Origin: Alphaproteobacteria bacterium
GTDB lineage: Bacteria; Pseudomonadota; Alphaproteobacteria; Reyranellales; JAQSWP01
Direction: 5' to 3'
DNA length: 64,000 bases
NCBI GenBank assembly: GCA_029266575.1
Contig: JAQSWP010000005.1
Location: forward strand, 343-64,342
Part shown: positions 45,786 through 53,567 of the stretch, piece after piece
Layout: each line of letters opens with the position of its first letter
Numbering within the stretch: position 1 is the first letter of the stretch
Translations under genes and position numbers: made by a program
Notes under the pieces: model-generated
The model's input: the letters and a program-made list of their open reading frames with translations, nothing else
Database searches by the model: none
Told to the model about the DNA's origin: nothing

Positions 45786-47308
45786 TCAGTTCGCGAGCTT
45801 CACCGACTTCAAATTGAGATTGTAGCCGCTGCCCAGCGCCGGCTTCCATTCCTTGACGCGCGCGCCGGCGACGAACGCGGTGTGGCACCAGAACAGAGGA
45901 ATGGTTTCCCTGTTGGTTTCCTCCAGCCGGGCGAATTCCTGCAGCAGTTTTTCGCGCTGCTTGAGATCGATCGATTTGAGCTGTTCGTTGAAGATCTCGT
46001 CGTAGCGGGGCTGGTTGATATGCCCGCCCGACCACATGGTGCTGCTGATGTACCAGGTGCCGAGCGTCTCGCCGCCGTCATCGGGAATGGAAGACGGGCC
46101 GTAGAACACTGCCGGCTGCTTGCGTCCGCGCATCATCTGCAGCCAGGCATTGCTGTCGTAGGATTCGCGGGTCACCTTGAAGCCGACCGCCTCCAGATTG
46201 CCGGCAATGGCCTCCAGCACCTGCGGCGCATTCGACAGCGAGGGGAACGAATCGGTCTGCAGCGTATAGGTGATCTCGTAGCCCGGCTTGATCCCCGCCT
46301 CCGCCAGCAGTTTCCTGGCCTTGGCCGGATCGTATGGCAATTGCGGCAGGCCCGGCAGGAAACCGAAGGTGCCGGGGGTGAGAATGGACGTCGCCGGCTC
46401 GCAAACGCCTTTCAGCAGCTTGCCGGCGATCTCCGAAATTTCACCTTGTTGAAGTACATGCCGCTGGTGCCCGAGTAGCGCGACAGGAAAACACGCAGCT
46501 TCTTGTTGTCGGAGACCTTGTCGAGCAGCGCACCGCTGAGCCCGGTGGCGATATCGACCTCGCCCTTCTCCACCATGGCATAGAGGGTGAAAGGCTCTTT
46601 CACCACCCGCTGCATGATGCTTTTCACATCAGGAGCGCCGCCCCAGTAGCCGGGATTGGCTTCAAAACGGTTCCATTCGCCGGCCTTCATCTCGACCAGC
46701 CTGAACGGCCCGGTGCCGATCGGATTTTCCTGGAACCCCCTGGCGCCGACCTTCTCGTAGTAGGCCCTGGGCACGATGGGCTGCACGCCATAGCGGATCG
46801 AAGCGAAGAAACCGGGCCAGGGCTGTTTCAGCACCAGCCGCACCTTGTGCGGATCGACGATCTCGACGCGGTCCAGCGAATCGACGAAGGCCTTGCGGTA
46901 GGAATGGGTGTTGGTCGGTTCGAGAATCTTCTCGTAGGTAAATTTCACGTCCTCGGCGGTGAACGGATCGCCATTGTGGAACTTCACGTTCTGGCGCAGC
47001 TCGAAATCGATCTGCTTGCCGTCCGGGCTGATCTTCCAGCTGGTCGCCAGCGCCGCATACTTGCCGTCGGGTCCGAGGTTGAGCAGTCCGTCGAAGACAA
47101 GATCGCCGGTGAGATTGTTGGCGGTCGAGACCAAAATGGTGGGATCGTTGTGCTGGTTGAGCAGCGGACTGGCAACCACGATTTCGCTTTTGGGTTGCGC
47201 CAGCGCCGCGCTCGACAGCAGGGCTGCGCCCAGCACAGCGGCGGCTGCCTTGGGCCAGGCGCAGCGACGATGCGGGGCTGAGACGGTTGCGGGCTTAAAG
47301 ATTGCCAT
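45786..47308 (-). pseudogene. Decayed family-5 substrate-binding protein gene (frameshifting internal deletion)
   Basis: The N-terminal ORF 46412-47308 ends ...SGTSGMYFNKVKFRRSPASC*. The remainder continues in another frame (EIAGKLLKGVCEPATS...PYDPAKARK..., ORF 45786-46340). Relative to paralogues, about 18 codons plus 1 nt are missing near 46433-46436. Confidence 0.8.
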
Positions 47309-47355
47309 GACCTTGCCTCCCGGATTTTTTGTTATTCACCTCGATCTATCAAAGT

Positions 47356-47384
47356 GGCCTGAACGCCGGTGGAGCGTTCAGGCC
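47356..47384 (-). terminator. Hairpin GGCCTGAACGC-N7-GCGTTCAGGCC downstream of binding-protein copy 4
   Basis: An 11-bp perfect stem, read directly, with a weak T-tract (ACTTTGATAG) on the minus strand. Confidence 0.45.
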
Positions 47385-47410
47385 TTCGCGTTATCGGCGA
47401 ACTGGCTGCG

Positions 47411-48961
47411 CTATTTCGCCAGTTCCATGGTGTTGAAGTTGTAGTGGTAGGCGCTGATCACCGCCGGGTGCCACGACTTGATGCGCGGACTGACCGCATA
47501 GGTCGTGTTGCACCAGAACAGCGGCAGCGCGGTGCGCTTCTCGTCTTCCAGCTTGGCCCAATCCTGCAGCGTCTTCTCGCGCTTCTTCATGTCGGTCATG
47601 CCGAGCTGGGCCTTGAACACGGTGTCGTATTCGGGCTCGTTGATGTAGCCCGACGACCACACGGCGGTGGAGCTGAACCAGCCCTCCAGCGTCTCGCCGC
47701 CGTCATCCGGCATCGAGGACGGGCCGTAGAACACCGACGGCTGCTTGCCTGCCCGCCAGGCCGCCAGATAGGCCGCCGAGTCGTAGGGCTCGCGCGTGAC
47801 CTTGAAGCCGACCGCCTCGAGATTGCCGGCGATGGCTTCCAGCACCTGCGGCGCGGAAGGCAGCGAGCCGAAGGATTCGGTGTGCAGGCTGAAGGTGATT
47901 TCCTTGCCCGGCTTGATGCCGGCTTCCGCCAGCAGCGCTTTCGCCTTGGCCGGATCGTACGGGATCGGCTTCAGGTCCGGGTTGTGGCCGAACGTGCCCG
48001 GCGTGAAGATGCTGGACGCCGGCTGGCAGATGCCGCTCAGCACGTTCTTGGCGATGGCCTCGCGGTTCATGGCATAGCCGACGGCCAGACGGACGCGCTT
48101 GTCCTTGGCTTCCGGGAATTTCGGCGTGTTGAAGTAGATGCCGCTGGTGCCGCTGTACTTGGATTCGAAGATCTTGATCTGCTTGTTGGACTTGACCTTT
48201 TCCAACAGCGCGCCGGTCAGGCCGAACACGACATCGGCTTCGCCCTTCTCCAGCATGGCGTAGAGCGTGAACGGCTCCTTCACCAGCCTCTGGGTGACGA
48301 ACTTCACCTGCGAAACCTGGCCCCAGTAATCCGTATTGGCCTCGAACTTCGACCACTCGCCGGCCTTGCTGTCGACCAGCTTGAACGGGCCGGTGCCGAC
48401 CGGCTTCTCGACGAAACCCTTGGCGCCCACCTTCTCGTAATAGTTCTTCGGCACGATCGGCTGGATGCCGTAGCGGGCAGAGGAGAAGAAGCTCGGCCAC
48501 GGCTGGGTCAGGTTGAAGCGCACCTTGTGCGGATCGAGCACCTCGATGCTCTTGATCTGCTGCACGAAGGCCTTGCGGTAGGAATGGGTGTTGCCGTCCT
48601 TCAACAGCAGCTCGTAGGAGAACTTGACGTCCTCGGCGGTGAACGGATCGCCGTTGTGGAATTTCACGCCCTTGCGCAGCTCGAAATCGATCTGCTTGCC
48701 GTCTTCGCTGACCTTCCAGCTCGTGGCCAAAGCCGGAACCTTGCCCTTGTCGTTGAGGTTCAGCAGCCCGTCATAGAGCATGGTGAAGGCGGTATGGTCG
48801 GTGACGGCCACCATGATCGACGGATCGAATTGCTGGCGCAGGATGGCGCCGGCAATGACGACCTCGCCCTGCGGCGCGGCATTGGCCGGTAGCGCCAGCG
48901 GCAATGTCAGGGCGAATGAAAGGCATCCTGCGGCAAGGCCGCGCTTGGCATACGAGATCAT
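47411..48961 (-). CDS. Family-5 ABC substrate-binding protein, copy 4
   Basis: 516 aa with a signal peptide; GGAGGAAACC lies upstream. Confidence 0.9.
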   Translation of the reverse strand: MISYAKRGLAAGCLSFALTLPLALPANAAPQGEVVIAGAILRQQFDPSIMVAVTDHTAFTMLYDGLLNLNDKGKVPALATSWKVSEDGKQIDFELRKGVKFHNGDPFTAEDVKFSYELLLKDGNTHSYRKAFVQQIKSIEVLDPHKVRFNLTQPWPSFFSSARYGIQPIVPKNYYEKVGAKGFVEKPVGTGPFKLVDSKAGEWSKFEANTDYWGQVSQVKFVTQRLVKEPFTLYAMLEKGEADVVFGLTGALLEKVKSNKQIKIFESKYSGTSGIYFNTPKFPEAKDKRVRLAVGYAMNREAIAKNVLSGICQPASSIFTPGTFGHNPDLKPIPYDPAKAKALLAEAGIKPGKEITFSLHTESFGSLPSAPQVLEAIAGNLEAVGFKVTREPYDSAAYLAAWRAGKQPSVFYGPSSMPDDGGETLEGWFSSTAVWSSGYINEPEYDTVFKAQLGMTDMKKREKTLQDWAKLEDEKRTALPLFWCNTTYAVSPRIKSWHPAVISAYHYNFNTMELAK

Positions 48962-49021
48962 GGTTTCCTCCGATCGTGCTTTTAAGTTTGTTGTCCTGCC
49001 GATCCTTGCGGTCGGCGGGAA

Positions 49022-49060
49022 AGAAAAAGGCCCGGATGTCGTGTGCGGGACATCCGGGCC
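49022..49060 (-). terminator. Rho-independent terminator after binding-protein copy 5
   Basis: GGCCCGGATGTC-N8-GACATCCGGGCC (12-bp stem), followed on the minus strand by TTTTTCTTTCC. Confidence 0.75.
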
Positions 49061-49093
49061 TTCGAAAAAGCGCCCGTTTGACGAGCGTTTTTG

Positions 49094-50533
49094 CTATTTC
49101 GCCAGTTCCATCGTGTTGAAGTTGTAATGATAGGCGCTGATCACCGCCGGCGCCCAAGACTTCACGCGCGGGCCTGCGGCATAGGTGGTGTTGCACCAGA
49201 ACAGCGGCACGGCCGTGCGTTTTTCGTCTTCCAGCTTGGCCCAGTCCTGCAGCATCTTCTCGCGCTTCTTCAGGTCGGTGGTGCCCAGCTGCGCCTTGAA
49301 CACGGTGTCGTATTCCGGCTCGTTGATGTGGCCCGAGGACCACACGGCAGTTGAGCTGTACCACCCTTCCAGGGTTTCGCCGCCGTCATCGGGCATCGAG
49401 GACGGACCGTACCAGAGCCCCGTCTGCTTCTTGCCGCGCATCATGGCAAGGAACGAAGCCGTATCGTGCTGCTCGCGGTTGACCTTAAAGCCGACCGCCG
49501 CGAGATTGCCGGCGATCGCCTCCGTCACCTGCGGCGCGCTGGGCAGCGAGCCGAAGGATTCGGTGTGCAGTGCCCAGGTGATCTCGGTGCCCGGCTTAAT
49601 GCCGGCTTCCGCCAGCAGCGCCTTGGCCTTGGCCGGATCGTAGGGGATGGGTTTCAGGTCGGGATTGTGGCCAAAGGTTCCGGGCGTGAAGATGCTCGTG
49701 GCCGGCTGACAGACGCCGCTCAGAACGTTCTTGGCGATCGCTTCGCGATTGATGGCATAGGCCACCGCCATACGCACCCGCTTGTCCTTGGCTTCGGGGA
49801 ACTTCGTGGTGTTGAAGTAGATGCCGCTGGTGCCGCTATACTTCGATTCGAAGATCTTCAGCTCTTTGTTGGTTTTCACCCGGTCAAGCAGCGCGCCAGT
49901 CAAGCCGAATACAACGTCGGCCTCGCCCTTCTCGAGCATGGCGTAGAGAGTGAACGGCTCCTTGATCAGCTTCTGGGTGACGAACTTGACGTTCGACACC
50001 TTGCCCCAATACTCGGCATTGGCCTCGAACCTGCTCCATTCGCCAGCTTTCGTTTCGACCAGCTTGTATGGACCGGTGCCGATCGGCTTTTCCTGGAAAC
50101 CCCTGGAGCCAACGCTCTCGTAGTAATTCTTCGGCACGATGGGCTGGATGCCATAGCGCGAAGAGGAAAACTTCAGCAGCAGGTCGTAGCTGTACTTCAC
50201 GTCCTCGGCAGTGAACGGATCGCCGTTATGGAACTTCACGTTCTTGCGCAAAGCGAAGTCCATCTGCAGACCGTCGGCGCTGATGGTCCAGCTCTCGGCA
50301 AGTGCCGGCACCTTGCCCTTGTCGGTGAGGTTGAGCAGACCGTCGTAGAGCATGTTGAAAGCGGTATGATCGGTGACGGCGACCATGATCGTGGGGTCGA
50401 ATTGCTGGCGCAGGAGCGCGCCTGCGACCACCACCTCGCCCTGCGGCGCGGCAGTGGCCGGCAGCGCCAGCGGCACTGCCAGAGCGAGTGACATGCAGCC
50501 TGCCATCAGGCCGCGCTTGAAATGCGAAATCAT
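49094..50533 (-). CDS. Family-5 ABC substrate-binding protein, copy 5, carrying a 37-codon in-frame deletion
   Basis: Start at ATG 50533 (MISHFKRGLMAGC) after GGGAGGAAG. 479 aa against 516 aa for its near-identical neighbour. The deletion junction is at LLLK|FSSSRYG (about 50170/50171). Confidence 0.85.
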   Translation of the reverse strand: MISHFKRGLMAGCMSLALAVPLALPATAAPQGEVVVAGALLRQQFDPTIMVAVTDHTAFNMLYDGLLNLTDKGKVPALAESWTISADGLQMDFALRKNVKFHNGDPFTAEDVKYSYDLLLKFSSSRYGIQPIVPKNYYESVGSRGFQEKPIGTGPYKLVETKAGEWSRFEANAEYWGKVSNVKFVTQKLIKEPFTLYAMLEKGEADVVFGLTGALLDRVKTNKELKIFESKYSGTSGIYFNTTKFPEAKDKRVRMAVAYAINREAIAKNVLSGVCQPATSIFTPGTFGHNPDLKPIPYDPAKAKALLAEAGIKPGTEITWALHTESFGSLPSAPQVTEAIAGNLAAVGFKVNREQHDTASFLAMMRGKKQTGLWYGPSSMPDDGGETLEGWYSSTAVWSSGHINEPEYDTVFKAQLGTTDLKKREKMLQDWAKLEDEKRTAVPLFWCNTTYAAGPRVKSWAPAVISAYHYNFNTMELAK

Positions 50534-50573
50534 GAATCTTCCTCCCGTCGGGCTTTCAATTTTGCGATGTCGA

Positions 50574-51398
50574 TCAACGCTGCGGCTTGGCTCCGGCAAT
50601 CTGCACCCGCCGCATGCGGCGCAGTTCCTTGTAGTCGTCGAGCGCGTAATGCTGGGTACAGCGATTGTCCCAGATCGCCAGCGAATTGGCGCGCCAGCGG
50701 AAGCGCACCTGGAATTCCGGCTTCTTGATGTGATCGTACAGCATGTTGAGCACGTTCTGGCTCTCGGTGTCGCTGACGCCCTTCAGCCGCACGGTGTAGT
50801 TGGAATTGACGAACAGCGCCTTGCGCCCGGTCACCGGGTGGCGGATCACCACCGGATGCTCGACCGGCGGCGGCACTTCCATCGCTTCATTGCGCAGGAT
50901 GCCCTGGCCGCCATAGCGGCGGCGGACGTTGGAATTGTCGTGCAGCGCCGTCAGCCCGTCGATATAGGCCTTGGTGCTGTCGGCCAGCGCCTCGTAGGCG
51001 GCATACATGGAGCACCAGATCGTATCGCCGCCGACTTTGGGCGCGACTTCGCAATAGAGCAGCGAGCCCATCGGCGGCTCTTCGTAATCGGTGTTATCGG
51101 TGTGCCAGACGGAGCCCACCGCCACCTTGGTGCCGTCATTCTCCAGCAGCGACATAGAATCGTACTTGTCGCCGTACATCTTCAATTTCTTGGAATAAAG
51201 CGGCGTGCCGAAACGCTGCGCCAACCGCATGTGCTGGTCGGGGTCCATGGTCTGGTCGCGCAGGAAGATGACCTGATGCGCCATCAACGCATCGTGGAGA
51301 ATGCGGAAGGCGTCCTCGCCTTCCTGCCGGCCGAGATCGATGCCGTGAATCTCGGCGCCGATGGCGGGCGCAATCTTCTCCACGTTTGCCTGCATCAC
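50574..51398 (-). CDS. TauD/TfdA-family Fe(II)/2-oxoglutarate dioxygenase (TauD-like)
   Basis: 274 aa. Has WHTDNTD (the HxD ligands), VEHPVVIRHPVTGRKALFVN and PEFQVRFRWRANSLAIWDNRCTQHYA, which closely parallel E. coli TauD blocks as I recall them. The start is GTG 51398 or ATG 51395. Confidence 0.85.
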   Translation of the reverse strand: MMQANVEKIAPAIGAEIHGIDLGRQEGEDAFRILHDALMAHQVIFLRDQTMDPDQHMRLAQRFGTPLYSKKLKMYGDKYDSMSLLENDGTKVAVGSVWHTDNTDYEEPPMGSLLYCEVAPKVGGDTIWCSMYAAYEALADSTKAYIDGLTALHDNSNVRRRYGGQGILRNEAMEVPPPVEHPVVIRHPVTGRKALFVNSNYTVRLKGVSDTESQNVLNMLYDHIKKPEFQVRFRWRANSLAIWDNRCTQHYALDDYKELRRMRRVQIAGAKPQR

Positions 51399-51432
51399 GA
51401 AGCGTCCACCCTACTTTCGTATGTTGACCTTG

Positions 51433-51447
51433 AAAGGTTCAACCTTT
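51433..51447. promoter_or_regulatory. Perfect palindrome AAAGGTT-C-AACCTTT (same GGTTCAACC core as 25544-25558)
   Basis: Read directly; 35-50 nt upstream of the TauD-like gene start. Confidence 0.4.
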
Positions 51448-51620
51448 TGGCCATTGGAGAGCGAATTGAGCCTGATTTCCAGTACAATTTTCAAAAATTG
51501 GATCAATTTTTGATCCGGTGCATTTTACGCCGCAACCTTGGAAGCCACCAGAAAGGCTCGCGGAAAACTCATATTTTTCGCTCTTTTCCGCCGCCCGTTA
51601 CTGTCTTGCCTTTGACACAC

Positions 51621-51657
51621 ATTGTCACATTTATTGACTCCTTTAGAGGGTGACAAT
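51621..51657. promoter_or_regulatory. Inverted repeat ATTGTCAC-N21-GTGACAAT
   Basis: Perfect 8-bp arms, read directly, upstream of the small ORF. It is a variant of the ATTGTATC motif. Confidence 0.35.
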
Positions 51658-51709
51658 CAATATCCCCAGGCAGATACTGGTCTTCGACATTTCACAGGAG
51701 CGGCGTGTT

Positions 51710-51832
51710 GTGACGACGATGTTCAAACAGGCGTTGGCATATTTTCGTAAAACCTGGACGCAGTTGCGTAATCCCTACCGGCCGGAACGCCATTACATGC
51801 GCGGCTCGCAGCAGGCGCGCTCCGGCAAGTAA
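51710..51832 (+). CDS. Small basic hypothetical protein (about 40 aa)
   Basis: GTG 51710 lies 9 nt after AGGAG; the alternative ATG 51719 gives MFKQALAYFRKTWTQLRNPYRPERHYMRGSQQARSGK. A hairpin terminator follows. Its coding status is unproven. Confidence 0.4.
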   Translation: MTTMFKQALAYFRKTWTQLRNPYRPERHYMRGSQQARSGK

Positions 51833-51867
51833 CGCCGCCCACCTGAATTCCCGGCGCCGGCAGTTTT

Positions 51868-51900
51868 GCGGCGGACCTGTTGGTCCGCCGCTTGTCGTTT
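51868..51900 (+). terminator. Hairpin GCGGCGGACC-TGTT-GGTCCGCCGC followed by TTGTCGTTT
   Basis: A 10-bp stem, read directly, 36 nt after the small-ORF stop. Confidence 0.55.
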
Positions 51901-51907
51901 GCGCGCC

Positions 51908-53461
51908 CTACTTCTTCACCAGTTCGATCGATTCCAGTTTCAGATGATAGGGGCTGCCAACGGCCGGCTTGAGATCCTTCAGCCGCGGCCCAACGGCAAA
52001 GGATTCGCCGCACCAGAACAGCGGCACCGATCGCTTGCGTTCGTCCTCGAGCTTGGCGAAACGCTGCAGGATCTGTTGACGCGACTTCGTGTCGGTGGCG
52101 GCAAGCTGGTCCTGGAAGATCTTGTCGTAGTCGGGATCGGCGATATTGCCGCTCGACCACACCGCCTTGCTGTTGTACCAGCCCGACAGCAGCTCGCCGC
52201 CATCGTCGGGCATCGCCGAGGTGCCGTAGAACACCGCCGGCTGCTTGCCGCCGCGCATCATCTGCATCCACGCCGCCATGTCGTAAGGCTCGCGCGTGAC
52301 CTTGAAGCCGACGGCTTCGAGATAACCCGCGATCGCTTCCAGCACCTGCGGCGCGTTGGGCAGCGAAGCCGATTCGGTATGCAGCGAGTAGGTAAGCTCC
52401 TTGCCCGGCGCCACGCCCGCTTCCTTCAGCAGCGCCTTGGCCTTGGCGGGATCGTAGGGGATCGGCTTGAACCCCGGCAGGTAGCCGAATGTGGCCGGCG
52501 TGAAGATGCCGGGCGACGGTTCGCACACGCCCTTCAACACGGTCTGCGCGATGGTCTTGAGGTCGATGGCATGGCCGATAGCCGTGCGCACCTTGATGTC
52601 CTTGGCCTCGGGGAACTTCGCCACGTTAAAGTACAGCGCGCTGGTGCCGCTGTACTTGGCTGAGAAGATGCGCACGTTCTTGTCGGTGCGGATCTTGTCG
52701 AGCAGCGGCCCGGTCAGGCCGGCGATGATGTCGGCCTCGCCTTTCTGCAGCATGGCGTAGCGGGTGAACGGCTCCTTCACCAGCTGCTGTTTGACGTATT
52801 TGACCTTGGGCGCCTTATTCCAGTACTCGGCATTCGATTCGTACTTGGTCCATTCGCCGGCCTGCAGGCTGTGCAGCTTGAAGGGGCCGGTGCCGACCGG
52901 CTTTTCATGGAAACCCTTGGCGCCGACCTTCTCGTAATAGGCCTTGGGCACGATCGGCTGCAGCCCGTAGCGCGAGGCGGTGAAGAAGCCCAGCCATGGC
53001 GTCTTCAGCACCAGGCGCACCTGGTGCTGGCCGGTGACTTCGATACGCTCGATCGAATCGACGAAGCCCTTGCGGTAGGAATGCGTGTTGCCTTCCTTCA
53101 GCATCGTGTCGTAGGTGAATTTCACGTCCTCGGCGGTGAAGGCATCGCCGTTATGGAACTTCACGTTCTGGCGCAGCTCGAAATCAATCTGCTTGCCGTC
53201 CGGCGACACTTTCCAACTGGTGGCCAGCGCCGGATATTTGCCGTCGGGGCCGTTGTTCAGCAGGCCGTCGAACAGCAGGTCGTTCACCAGGTAGTCGGTG
53301 GTGGCGATGATCTGGGTGGGATCGAAATGCTGGCGCAGTACCGGCGCCACCACCAGCACCTCGCCCTCCGGCGCCGCCGTGGCCGGCAACGGGCTCAGCA
53401 AGGCGGCGCATAGCGCCAGGCCGGCCAACCGGGACAGTGAATTCAGCAGACGCGAGCTCAT
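51908..53461 (-). CDS. Family-5 ABC substrate-binding protein, copy 6
   Basis: 517 aa with a signal peptide (..ALLSPLPATAAPEGE). GGAGGTGGAAAC lies upstream. Confidence 0.9.
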   Translation of the reverse strand: MSSRLLNSLSRLAGLALCAALLSPLPATAAPEGEVLVVAPVLRQHFDPTQIIATTDYLVNDLLFDGLLNNGPDGKYPALATSWKVSPDGKQIDFELRQNVKFHNGDAFTAEDVKFTYDTMLKEGNTHSYRKGFVDSIERIEVTGQHQVRLVLKTPWLGFFTASRYGLQPIVPKAYYEKVGAKGFHEKPVGTGPFKLHSLQAGEWTKYESNAEYWNKAPKVKYVKQQLVKEPFTRYAMLQKGEADIIAGLTGPLLDKIRTDKNVRIFSAKYSGTSALYFNVAKFPEAKDIKVRTAIGHAIDLKTIAQTVLKGVCEPSPGIFTPATFGYLPGFKPIPYDPAKAKALLKEAGVAPGKELTYSLHTESASLPNAPQVLEAIAGYLEAVGFKVTREPYDMAAWMQMMRGGKQPAVFYGTSAMPDDGGELLSGWYNSKAVWSSGNIADPDYDKIFQDQLAATDTKSRQQILQRFAKLEDERKRSVPLFWCGESFAVGPRLKDLKPAVGSPYHLKLESIELVKK

Positions 53462-53473
53462 GTTTCCACCTCC

Positions 53474-53538
53474 TATCGATACATTTTCTTTAACGCTAAC
53501 CGATAAATCGGTTCATAGTAAGTCAATTGTATCGATAT
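53474..53538. promoter_or_regulatory. Inverted pair TATCGATACA (53474-53483) and TGTATCGATA (53529-53538)
   Basis: Perfect 10-bp reverse complements 45 bp apart, read directly, in the promoter region of binding-protein copy 6. Confidence 0.5.
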
Positions 53539-53567
53539 GAATGGCAACAAGTCGGCCGATGCCTCCC

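Noticed and set aside
37055-53461. Repeated DNA as a possible mobile element or CRISPR-like array
   Set aside because: The repeats are full-length paralogous SBP genes of about 1.5 kb. There are no short regular repeat-spacer units, terminal inverted repeats or transposase.
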